In this document: positions 12,473-24,100 of the stretch, one piece after another
How positions within the stretch are numbered: the first letter of the stretch is position 1
Layout of the letters: the number at the start of each line of letters is the position of its first letter
Assembly (NCBI GenBank): GCA_047495785.1
Contig: JBLDXI010000010.1
Span: 1,426,001 to 1,490,000, forward strand
Length of the DNA stretch: 64,000 nt
Direction of reading: 5' to 3'
Source: Lepidodermella squamata
Lineage: Eukaryota; Animalia; Gastrotricha
Position numbers and translations under genes: made by a program
Notes under the pieces: model-generated
What the model saw: only the letters and a program-made list of their open reading frames with translations
Told to the model about the DNA's origin: nothing
Databases searched by the model: none

Positions 12473-13440
12473 GGCGAAAAGGTTTTACCGAATGCGCGGT
12501 TCCGATTATTGAACGCCAACACATTCAAGCTGTTTTGTTTTTAGGGTCTGCGGGACTCGACGCAATAGAAATCAAAACAAAGAGAGTGTTTTCGATGTGC
12601 GTATTATTTATTAATTGCAACTTAGCGCAGAACCAGTAAAACAACGGGGCATGTGAGGACCGATCCATTTTGCGCAACGGAACCATTTAGATGATCAAAT
12701 CAACGCTAACTTGTTTTCTTTAACGAGGCAAGCAAAGAAAGGCTTGCTCGCTCACCCAGTTATTTCGATTTTTCTGATTTCAAATAAAGACCATGGCTCA
12801 CTTGAGATGTAATCTTTCATGGATCAGTGCGTTTTGTTGAAATTACAACCATCTTCGGAAAAATGTAAATCTAAAAATGTTTAATAACATGTCCTAAGCT
12901 TAAACTGAGAAGAAGCTCTTGGCTATCCTCCAAGGGAAAACAGGCTTCGAATAAAACTCAGTTCAACCAAATCATCCTGGCGAATGGCAATGACTGCTTT
13001 CTAAAACTCCACCGAATCTTGAAGTGCGTCGAAACAATCATATGAAGAATTCATTATTTATTAAATTGTTTTGCAGTAGGAAACATTACGCATTCAAGGT
13101 ACGTACTTGGTGCTCTGCGCGATCAATATAGTCGCCTAAAATAAACGTTAATTCGCGTTACACTTCTTATGGCAGCTATTGGAAGACTGGTAATATATAC
13201 CTAATCTTTGTTCTCTCATAGCTGTGGTTCCCAAATTTACTGATGAAATTGATGAGCGAGTGAGAGAAATTTGAGAATTTAATTATAATAAATTCTGAAT
13301 GATAAATGATACCTCCAGTTTCCCCAAACATCAATTTCAACGTATCCAGGCTGTGCCAACTATTTATTCCTATTTAAAGTTATTATTTATTCACTATTTA
13401 TCAGTTTAATGATGCATCTGAACTCTGAACGCTCTGTTAT

Positions 13441-14079
13441 TCATACTCATACTCATACTCATTTTTATTTGCAAATCGTAATGAACAGTTAGCAAATGGT
13501 AAATTGATGATCAGCAGTATGAGTATGTGATTTCGAGGCGCCTCACCGCAGATGTTACATGTTTATCAAATAGAGCAGAATTATGTTTAATATAGTTGCA
13601 GAACGCTTGATGAGAATTATTTACGACAACAGAAGACAGACGGTTCCACGCAGCACGAACACGCCTAGAGAAGCAGAATTTATAGCTTAGGTTATTTCTA
13701 CACGCGCTCATCTTCACAGAGTGAGGAGGTAGGCGAGGATTCCGGCAGATTTCAAAGAAATCAGAGAAACCAATGTCAACTAATCCCTGATACATTTTAT
13801 GCATCAAAATCAAATCATGTTGGAGGCGGCGAACTTCAAGCGTCGTTAAGCCCAAATTTTTCAGACGATCTTCGTAAGAGGCACCTTCGACCGATTTGTG
13901 GTATGCGCTTCGATAAAGTAGGCGTTTCGTAAAACGTTTCTGTACCGACTCCAGGTCATCGATGTCGTGCAGGTTAAACGGCGAATACACGGCAGGGCAA
14001 AATTCCAGACGGGACAGCGTATATGTCTTATACGCTCTGAATCGGAGAGTTTTAGAAGAGAAAGACTTCCTTATCATAC
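13441..14079 (-). mobile_element. 5'-truncated non-LTR retrotransposon (CR1/L2-like LINE), C-terminal end of ORF2 with tandem-repeat tail
   Basis: ORF 14077-13511 carries motifs typical of the post-RT region of CR1/L2-type ORF2 (LEF..VYSP...LESVQKRFTK, YEDRLKNLGL..LE.RR..DLI..KM..G, FSRRV..WNRL). It is followed by AATAAA and a (GAGTAT)n tail at 13441-13461. TCATAC occurs at both ends (13441-13446, 14074-14079). Confidence 0.85.
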
Positions 14080-14257
14080 CGTTGATGCGATGGCATTTGG
14101 CATTCGACTGATATTCGACTGAATCGGTTTCTTACTGTTTCTCAAATCCATCGCGAAAAGATGCCGAGCCGCACTGGCAAGACGAGAGGTATCGCGAAAT
14201 ACGTGCACCAAGGCGGCTTTCCGGATCCCGCAGAAAAACCTAACTGACGAGAATAAC

Positions 14258-14427
14258 ACCGAATAATACCGAATTACCGAAGGCAGGGCCAAAATAAAGG
14301 GCAGGGGCAGACCTATTTTAATAATTCAAGGCCTGTTTTGCATTTATCTTTGGCACGCGAGCAATTCAATTATCCGGATATACCCTCCGAAAAAATAGAA
14401 GGCAGTGCCTTATAATTCGGTAATTAC
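14258..14427. mobile_element. Degenerate MITE-like element
   Basis: Imperfect terminal inverted repeats: left ...ATACCGAATTACCGAAGGCA versus reverse complement of the right end GTAATTACCGAATTATAAGGCA. No clear TSD. Confidence 0.4.
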
Positions 14428-14560
14428 TTCATATCTGAACTCGCCGCACTCGATTTACTCATCGCAACTCGCTTCCGGCTCGTTCCGATTCGTAAATCTC
14501 GGGCGGCTCCGTACAGATATAAACCTTTTACTCATGTCGTACCATAAAAATATAATAATA
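14428..14560. repeat. Dispersed repeat of about 130 bp with internal inverted ends, copy 1
   Basis: Reverse complement of 24418-24548 (shared core ATATCTGAACTCGCCGCACTCGATTTACTCATC...). The core is bounded by TTCATATCTGAAC / GTACAGATATAAAC inverted ends. Confidence 0.75.
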
Positions 14561-15141
14561 TTCTAAATTCATAATTAAAATCAAAGTTATTAATCGAATT
14601 GCGCGATGCATTCTCCAACAAGAATTCGGACAATTACTCAGCTGAGAGTTTTGCAACAGTTATACGCAACACCGCTTCCAGAGCTCACTCGGTTCGTGCA
14701 CAGCGCTGAACGCAGAGAGAAATGAAGGATGAGATTCGCAAGACGTAGCGAATGTAGCCCTGATTGGAAAATGTAGCTAATTGTAACTGTTATTGAAAGA
14801 TTAGTAGTTCTTCCGATACAGCTTTATTTCGAAGCAATAAAATCATTCAAGTTTGTCGTGAATATTGATTAAATCGTAAGAAATTAATAACAAGAACGGA
14901 GCAAAAACAGAACGCAAATAGCTGTGGACGATGAGTGGTTTTGTGAATATACCAGGTAGTTTACAGAATGCAATTAACGATATTTCTTGATCAAACCTAA
15001 TGATCTCAATTTGGGCGTTAATACATTGGGATGTTATAGAGCTGAAAATACTTCAAGCACGCAGTTTCTTGAGTTCGAGTTTCAGTTGCCTCTTGCAGCT
15101 GACCTCCGAACTTGTCCTTTCATTTTATATCTGCCAAGTGA

Positions 15142-18100
15142 TTATGATTCATCTTCAGCTGGTACCATATCGCCGTCGATGTGTTGCGGTCTTTCAGTTG
15201 CAGTAGACAACGGCCTGGATGTCTCCAAAGGGTTAGCGATCAACACATCGCCCTGTAGCGTATTCAGATATCCGGCAGCTGCTAAGCGCTCCTCTTCCTT
15301 CTTCCTCTCTATCTCTTGGAGGAGCTCATCTGCTGTGAACTTGTTTCGCACGTTTGCTCTAAGCCGCCTCAATTCCCTGATGCGAGCTTTGTCGCGGATA
15401 TACTTTGAAAAGTGGCCAAAATTATGTCTCAGCTTTCTCAAGTCTCTAGAAAGTGTGACGTAGTCAAGGCAAACAATAATGCCGATAAAAAAGGCAAGAA
15501 TCGCCAGAACGGTGGTAGCTGTTGCTACAGCGGTTGAGGACTCGTACGATTTTTGCTTAGCTGCAGCCTTTGGAGCAGACAGCAGAGCATTCAATGAGCA
15601 GTACAAAGGCTGTTTGTCCCACGTTGAATTTTCGTTGCATCTCCAGTAGGCAATGCGATTAGTCTGGTTTGGGCTTGGCTCGTATCCTTGATTCCAGTCG
15701 CATTCGAAAGCAACGACATAGTTGTAAAGGATAGTACTCACTTCCGAAGAAGAGTTCATTATGCGGTAAGACGAAATCTCGAAATTTTGTGGCATTTCGC
15801 AGCTAACATCTAGAAAGACAAATATGAGCTTATTAGATGTTCAATTTTCTAAAAAACTTCTTACAAAGGCAGGAAAGCGTGTTTGTGGACCAATAACCGG
15901 ACTCCAAGCAATAATTGATAACTTTGCTTAAAGGAGTGACCTCTGTTCCTGGTTCTATGTACAAGCTTGCAGCTCCCACGACGCATTGCATTGTATAATA
16001 CTCGCCGTAGTAGTAGGTCCCACTTTTCCGATCTATTATAACAGCATTTGCTTCTTCAGTCGGACTACGACACGTGACAACTAATCCAAACAACGTTAAT
16101 GATTTAAGAAACAGTTTAGCATTGAATTTTACCTGAACATCGCGGCTGGTCGACAGGAGTCCATGTTCCATTTGCCTGGCAAGTTTTTGTGAAATAGCTA
16201 ATGGAGACATCAGGCTTGTAGCCTGGGTTGCAGCTATAAGAAGCAACGCCTCCGGTTTGATTCACGGAGACATTAAAATAGGCGTTTATCCCGATAATGA
16301 GCGATTTGCATGGTGGAACTACAAAATTATCTCTTTAATAAAGGAATGATGTACTTAGACTTAATTTACTCTAAACTGCTTATGCACTGCTTACTGCCGA
16401 GAAAAGGGTCGACGGATTCATCAGAGTTTTGAGGCAAAGCAAAGAAAATTGTTAATCATTTCTTTGCGAAACGATTCCGCGTTTTTAATGATGGAGTCAG
16501 AGAAATAACGAGGATCATGCTTGTTTTCCATTAATTCTGCAGTCATTTCAGAGGACATCCAAATTTTCAATGTATTTTCAAAATTCCTGGAAACTCAGTG
16601 AAAATATAGTGTCCAATCTCGCTCCAAGAAAGAAAATGAGGACGATTAAAAAAAGACTTTCAATTTCAAATAATTTCAAATAATTTCAAATTTATCAGCA
16701 GTTTTAATTACGTTTATTTGCTGAGCAAAATCAGATTTCTTTGACTTTTCATGGCTCTCTACTCTCTATTATTACATACTTCGAAATTGTCAAACATATC
16801 CCCAACGCAGTCCTAATAAAGCGCTTTGAATCAATCGACAGAAAAAATCATGACAAATCATGGCAAAACCAGGTAAAAATCGACGGAATATTTTCTTTAC
16901 TTTAACTTTATGGACGCTAATGAATCAGTTGACCTCTCGACGCACATCGTTAGCGACGTTGAATAACTCGGATTTAGGCTTATCTACATCCGTTCCAAGG
17001 CCACGGGTGACAAGTAAAAAGCGGCTTTTTAAACGTGAATGAAGCGGCAAAAACAAAAGACTTATTACTTGTCACCTCTCGCCTTGAAAAGGATGTAAAC
17101 AAGCCTAAATCCGAGTTATTCAACGACGCTAACGACATAGCAGAGCCCAAAATTCTCGCGAGTAAGCAGTCTATAGCAAATGATGTCTATGATGAGATTC
17201 TATGTAGGAACTTACGGCCACACTGTGGGGTTCCATCAATCCAGCTCCATCCTGTTGGGGCTGTGAAAGTACACTGTGCCTTGCCAGTAGTCGAACCGGT
17301 CATGTTGAAACCCGAATTACAACTGTATTGAACAATGTCGCCCTTGAAAAATTTAGTATCACTCGTAAAATTGACATAGTAAGCATTATAGAGTTGAGGA
17401 GGGTCCGGGCAAGGCGAAGTGAGACATTTCGGCTTCTTCGAATTGATCATGAGCCAGTTTCCCGAGGTATCATTCTTCGTAAAAGGGTCGCAAACATGCA
17501 TCGCCGTATCTCCAGGTGACTCGGCTGTGAATCCTTTGTCACAAATCATGATTGCTGATTGCATATAACCCGCCAAGCCATTGAACGAAGATAACGGGCG
17601 AGCTGCGAGAGACCAATTCGAATTCGGGGCTAGAGCGATTCCTAGAGGGATGCCCGAGCAGTTGTTGGCTGGGTTCAGTCTCCTGCCGCATGTGTATGGG
17701 CAGGTATCCCTAGTATCGGAACTTTTTTCGCAAAAACCCTGCGCAGCCATGTCGCCACAAGTGCAGTTTTGATCTGAGTACAATTGCGAGTCGACATCGC
17801 ACTCACATGTGGCCCATTTCGTGCAGCTTGCTTGACAAGATGGCCACATAAAGCCAGGATTGGAGAGGCAACTGCCTTGATCTCTCCAGGTCTGGCAGAT
17901 CGGACCAATATCGGTTTTCGGCTTCAAACACAGCGTTCGAGATGTGTATGGCGTGCATACGTCAGGAGACTGGCAGTAAAATCCAGTTCTACATGCCGGC
18001 GTGCATAAATCTGTGAGCATATGCATCTAATAACGTAGAGCAGACTTCGTAATGTTAAGCCTTACACTCATCGCATATTGGTCCAGTGCGAAGAGCAGTA

Positions 18101-21100
18101 CATTGACACTTATCGGGGCCAATACAAGTACCTCCATTTATACAATCAGGGTTGCAAATTGCTGCAAGAAAGTTTGATCATCGGGTAATCACAAAATTTC
18201 TTATTGTCTCACGTGTTTCACATCGCGATCCAGTCCATCCATAAGCACATTGACATGTCCAGTCAGTCAAACAAGTCCCTCCATTTTGGCATTGCGGTGT
18301 ACAAATAGCTGTGAAACATCTCTAATTTTGTTTTTTATGTACAGTGCTCCCTCGATAAAAGCACTGGGTCGGGAGCCAGACCCGGTCTTTAAACAAGGGA
18401 AAGCTATAACGAGGGCTGTAATTGAATGCAGTAGCTAAAAATAGACCGTTTCTACGTCTTAGGACAGTTGCCATGCCAACGCGCAGAAAGAGACGGACAC
18501 GGATTACGTGTCATTGCAAATTTCGCTCGCTAAAGACTGTTAAACAATAACACTATTAATCACTAGTTCTTCGCCAAGTTTTTATTCTTATTTGCCAGGG
18601 CGGCTTTGATTTGACTGGATGGCCTTGTTTTTTTACTCTGATTTTAAGTCCTGCCTGGGGTTAACGAACTCAGAATAAAAAAACCTGGAATCTCATTATT
18701 TCAATTTACTTCAAAAATGCCCAGCTCGTCCGATTTCGCAAACAAATTTCATTTGAAATCACAGCTTAAAAAAATCGATCACCCTGGTCAAGATTGACCA
18801 GAATACTTCTGAATAAATCACCATCAAATTCAGCCAAACATTCTCAAGATAATGCTGTGTTCAATTCATATAACTCATGCTTAGCCTAAAAATCGTAAAA
18901 TTATTTAAAAAATAATATGAAATTTGAAACAATTAGGATGACAAATGTATTTTCGACAATTTTTTCCCGGTTAACCTGACTTTTCTTTTTTAAATTCATC
19001 GAATTAATGGTATTGAGCAATCTCGGACCGATTTCAAGGCATAAGACGTGTGGTTCCGTCAAGAGGGTGTTTAGATTGAATGGAATAAATTTGTATCTTC
19101 TCAGGCGTGATCCATTCGACTGGCCTATTAGGATCAAGGTAAAAATTGGGCAGAAGCTCCCGCCGCCCCTCCCCGGGATGTTGCGATTTTCAAAGTCAAA
19201 ATCGAATTATTAAAAGTTTTACGAAAAACCCGTAAAATTGCCAAGGCGTTGAGCAATGAAATCGTAGAGTAGTGGCAGCCAGTTTCATGTTAGATCAGGC
19301 CTATCGAAAATCGGCTAATAATCCAATAACTCAGGACAACTGGAACGATTGAAAACGGTCTAATTTTATGAGAATAAATCCATGTATCGAAATTAAAATA
19401 AATCGTAAAACAAGGACGCGTTTCTTCATGATTACGCAACACAGCCGGGAACAAAATTGGGAAAACTGATGTTTCAGTTTCCCTAAAAACATCACGATTT
19501 ATATCCTAATTTGATCATGCTACATAATAATGCTGGTAAATTTCAAGAGATTTTCTGGCCGGGAAAAAGCTAAAAATTGAAAAATCAGGGCAATTCAGAT
19601 GAGTCTTTTAGTTGATCAGCAATTGGCCTGAGGGAAAATCTGCAAATCAAGATTGCTAAGATTGACGGGCATTTTTATAGTTATTGAAATGAATCGCTGA
19701 TTTTGTCTGATAAATTGGCGTAATTTCTGATAGAAACGAACGAACGAACGATAGAAAAGTTTAACAAAAAACAAAAGTTTAACTCGCAGCACTACTTGAG
19801 TGGCAGCTAATCCTCACACTCTGTTGCATAATCACAGCCATTTCAAAGCCACAAGAACAGTTTAATGCACTGATGATCTTTCGGTTTGAACTTAACTTGA
19901 AATAACTGGATCTCTCAAAACCACGACAAGGCCCCGCTAGGTTTCTAGGAACGCTTAATTTTTTTAATCTATCAAAAAATTATTATTTGTTTAATTAAAA
20001 ATTTACAACTAATTTATTTAGCAGGGTCCAAAATTACGGTCTACAAACGAGGGAGTTCTTTAAAGGAGGGTGCCACTAACGAGGGAGCACTGTAACAATG
20101 TTAGGTACCCACCGTTCTCACAGATTGATCCAGTTCGGTTCGATGGGCATTGACACGTATTTGGATTTATGCACGCTCCTCCATTTGTACAGTTGGGATT
20201 GCAAACAGCTGAGATTCCAACAGTATGATTTTCTGGAATGTATTCATAATTTTTGAAAGCTTACGTGTTAGGCATTTCGGTCCACGCCATTGCGATGTAC
20301 ATTGGCACGTCCAATCTGTTAAGCAGGTCCCTCCGTTTTGACATTGTGGCGTGCAGATTGCTATTAAACCGAGAATAGTATTCAATTTTTTGTATTTACG
20401 AAGTTATCAATCTCACCATTTTCACAAATCGATCCAGTGCGATTTGCCGGGCAGGCGCATTGGTTTGGCGCTGTGCACGTGCCCCCATTCGTACAATCAG
20501 GGTTACACACAGCTAAAAGGTAAAATACGTTTTTGTGCACGCACACGCACAATTTTTTAATCTCATAGCCTTACGGCAGCGCTTCTCAAACGGTGGGTCG
20601 CGACCCCCGCGGGGGTCGCGGGCCAATTTCTGAGGGGTCGCGGACCGGTCCAAGGGTCGCGGGGGTCGACTGATCATTTTGATAAAACAAAAAAATTAGA
20701 AGATTTGATCCATTTTATGGTCACTCTTCCGGAAAATTATTGACAAATAGCGTCAGCTAAAGCTCGCTTCGCTCGCCACCCACAATATTTGACTTAAAAC
20801 CGGTCGAAAATGCGGCTTGGAACCTCATAGATGTAGAAGTTTCAGGAAATTTTTAGAAAAATGGATCGAAATTGTGCAATATTTGACCATTTTGTCGTAG
20901 AATTTCGGAATTTGAGGCATCTTTTGCTACACCAAAAAACCATAAAAATTAAAAAAAATCGGTAGGGGTCGCAGCCTGGTGAGAATGTAAATTTTGGGGT
21001 CGCCGAGGGTCAGGTATTGAGAAGCCCTGCCTTACGGATATCGCATCTAGCTCCGCGCCACTGGGACGTGCATCCACAAGTCCAGTTTGTCAAACACGTG

Positions 21101-24100
21101 GCTCCATTCAAGCAACTCGGTGTACATATTGCTAATATTTTCCGGTTGAATTAAATTGTGCAAGGTCAAGTTTTAGTCATACCATTCTCACAAGTTAGTC
21201 CAGTTCGGTTAGATGGGCAGGAGCAATTGTTAGGAGCTATACATGTCCCACCGTATACGCATGCAGGTGAGCAAACCGCTGTAAATAGCATGATTCAACC
21301 TAATTTCAATGAGAGTTTAAGCCGTACGTGTTTGGCACAGCGTTCCAGACCAAGTACTCGGACACTGACAGGTTCTGTCGAGCTTGCATGTCCCACCATT
21401 TTGACACTCTGGTGTGCAAACAGCTGTGATAAAAAAGAATATAATTTCGTTAAATTTTAATTGATAGCCTACGTATAGAGCAATCCTGGCCTGTCCAAAG
21501 AGATGTGCAGGCGCAGTAGTCGGCCCCGGCACAAGAGCCACCGTTTTTACAAGTGACTGTGGGACAGCCGACGTAGAACATTCGACAGAAATCTTTCACT
21601 TGCAGCAGCTCAGCAAGACTTAGCTCCCGTGAGAATACAGAGACGCATGCAAAGTCAGAATTTCCCGGAAATACAGCATTTGTCGTCACTCTTTATGACG
21701 TTTTGTTATTATTTAGGCACTTCGGAACTGACTAAATTCCTACCTTCTACCAATGGCAAGCCAATCAGACGTTGGTGGTTGGTTAGTGTACGTAACGTTA
21801 GCTATTAGCGTGTTGTTGCAATACAGCCTGAATATTTTCGTCGTTGCGTTGTAAGTAGCCGCGACAAACTGCCATCGGTTAAGGATCATGCAAGAGTTGT
21901 TAGTCTGTGCATTGTTCATAGAATTGAACCACAGCACGTTGCTCTGCTGCGCCATCCACAAATGCGAAATAATTGCTGTGCTCGGAACGGAGAACTCTAG
22001 CAATGGAGTTTGGGGGGCAAGATAACACTTCGCCCAAAGCGCAAGCGTGAACGAGGTGCCGGGATTAATCCTAGAATCACGGACTGATACAAAGCGATCT
22101 GTGCCAGATGCAGCCGGTGCTAAGCGAGCAGCGGTGTATGAACCACCAAAAGGTCCAGCTGCGTATATTGGATCCCTGGAGAACTCGCCATCGATCGGAT
22201 TAGTCGACTTAGCATCCCTGGCGCCGTAATCAGCCGAAAGTGGCCAGTAAGCAAGAAGACCAGTATAAGAATTCAAGGTGGTTGAAATAAAACTCGTTAA
22301 TACGACCTCTGTTATCATACAAATTCAGCCTTGCAAGTACTTGGCTCAGGTCTTACTTGTGTCACATGTTGGTCCTGTCATACCAGGTGGGCAAGCGCAC
22401 ACGTCATTGCCAACACATGTCCCTCCATTGCAGGAAATAGAGCATTTCACTTCATTGAAAGAGAACTTCATTGAGAATCTTTAAAATTAAGGTAATATTA
22501 CCCGCGAATAAACGACAAACACCCTTTAAATCAATCACTTCGTCCATTGAGAGAGCTTTCGAATGGACCGAGGCACATGCGAACCTTCCATCCCAGTTTA
22601 TTTGCGACGGATGCACATAGCTAATAACCCGAGAGAATGTCACTGCGGACTGCGGGCTACTAGTAATAATACTGAAAGCCTAACCTGAATCCAAGGTACA
22701 CAGTTGGAGACATTAGCGGAGCTGAAGTAGCTGTATACGTTGTTGAGCTGAAAGTATCGTCGCAGTAGTATCTCTGAACCTTTGTATCCTTATCGTAAGT
22801 AACAGCGACGAACACCCATTTATTCATGACAGTACACGCAGCAGCCACACCACTTGGCGAAGCAGTATTCAGAAGCAGCTGATTATTGGCACTGTGCCAT
22901 AGACGCGTGGCGTATGTCCCACTGCTAGCCGCGGGGTTTGATGAATGCAAGTATTCGAAAATTGGCTCGGGGGCCGAAACAGCATAAATGTAGGCAGCCA
23001 GAGTCCATGAATTTGCATTCAAATTCAGATTTGCAGACTGGAATGTCACGTAGCAATTAGGAGTGCCCAAACCAGCTTGGATAGCAGTATCGGAGTAACC
23101 GAACGGTCCGACAGCATAGGTTAACAGATTCGACGGAGAAGCAGAAATCGTGTAAACCTTGGCGATGTCAGTAGCTTGAAAGTCCTCCGACAAAGGCCAG
23201 TAGGCAACAATTCCGGTCTGAGATTGCATTGTAGCTGCGATGTACGTATTGTTCACTGGCACTGTCAAATAAATAATGGAGATGTGATAACCAGATTCCA
23301 AAAGGTCGACTCACGCGAATCACACAGGGATCCTGTCCAAGGGGATGGGCATTTACAGATTCCAGCCCCGACACATGTTCCACCATTCTGGCAGGTGACT
23401 CCGCTACACGTTACCGAAAAATATCGGCACCAATTTTTGACCTGATTCATTTCAGCAGTACTGAGCGCTTTTTTGAATATCGAAGCGCAAGCAAATTTAG
23501 CATCAGCAGCTTGCGTGAAGGCCCGGTTACCCAGAAGGAATGAATCACTAGAAGTAGGCGCAACTGGAACATTTGTGAGAACACCCTGGGTAAGAAACTG
23601 ATCGCCGCAAAACAGCTGCTGTGTTCCTGTTGCGTTATCGTAAACTATGCCAATGTACTGCCAGTTATTGACCATTGCACAAGAGCCCATGGAACCCCCT
23701 GAGCCATCTCCATTGAACCATAGCTGGTTAGCGGCATTCCACATCCACAAATGCATTTTAAAAGTTCCGGATACGTGAAATTCGATCAATGGCATTGAAC
23801 TTCCGCTATTGACGCTTATCCATACTCCAATGGTGAATGAGTTCGAGCCCATTGATAGAGCGGCTGAAGTGAATGTTCCAAAACGTGGTTGCGGCGTTCC
23901 AGTACCAGCTTCATATGAGGTACTTTCCACTCCGAAAGGACCGGCGTAGAATTTATGGACTGAATTTGAAAGCACCCCATTAATTCCTGCCAAGGTGGCA
24001 TCTTTCAAGCCGTATTCAGCAGATAGCGGCCAATAGGCTGTAAGTGATGGGAACAACGCGAATTGAGTTCTGACGTAGGAAATATCGACCATTGCTGAAA

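Noticed and set aside
14987-15463. Plus-strand ORFs opposite receptor exons (also 5956-6312, 39254-39544, 40819-41118, 49272-49532, 62466-62726)
   Set aside because: They recur only because the sense exons are paralogous; mostly non-ATG starts and no domain signal.
18901-19213. Short ORFs inside the pogo-like element as transposase remnants
   Set aside because: No DDE/D or HTH-like motifs recognisable.
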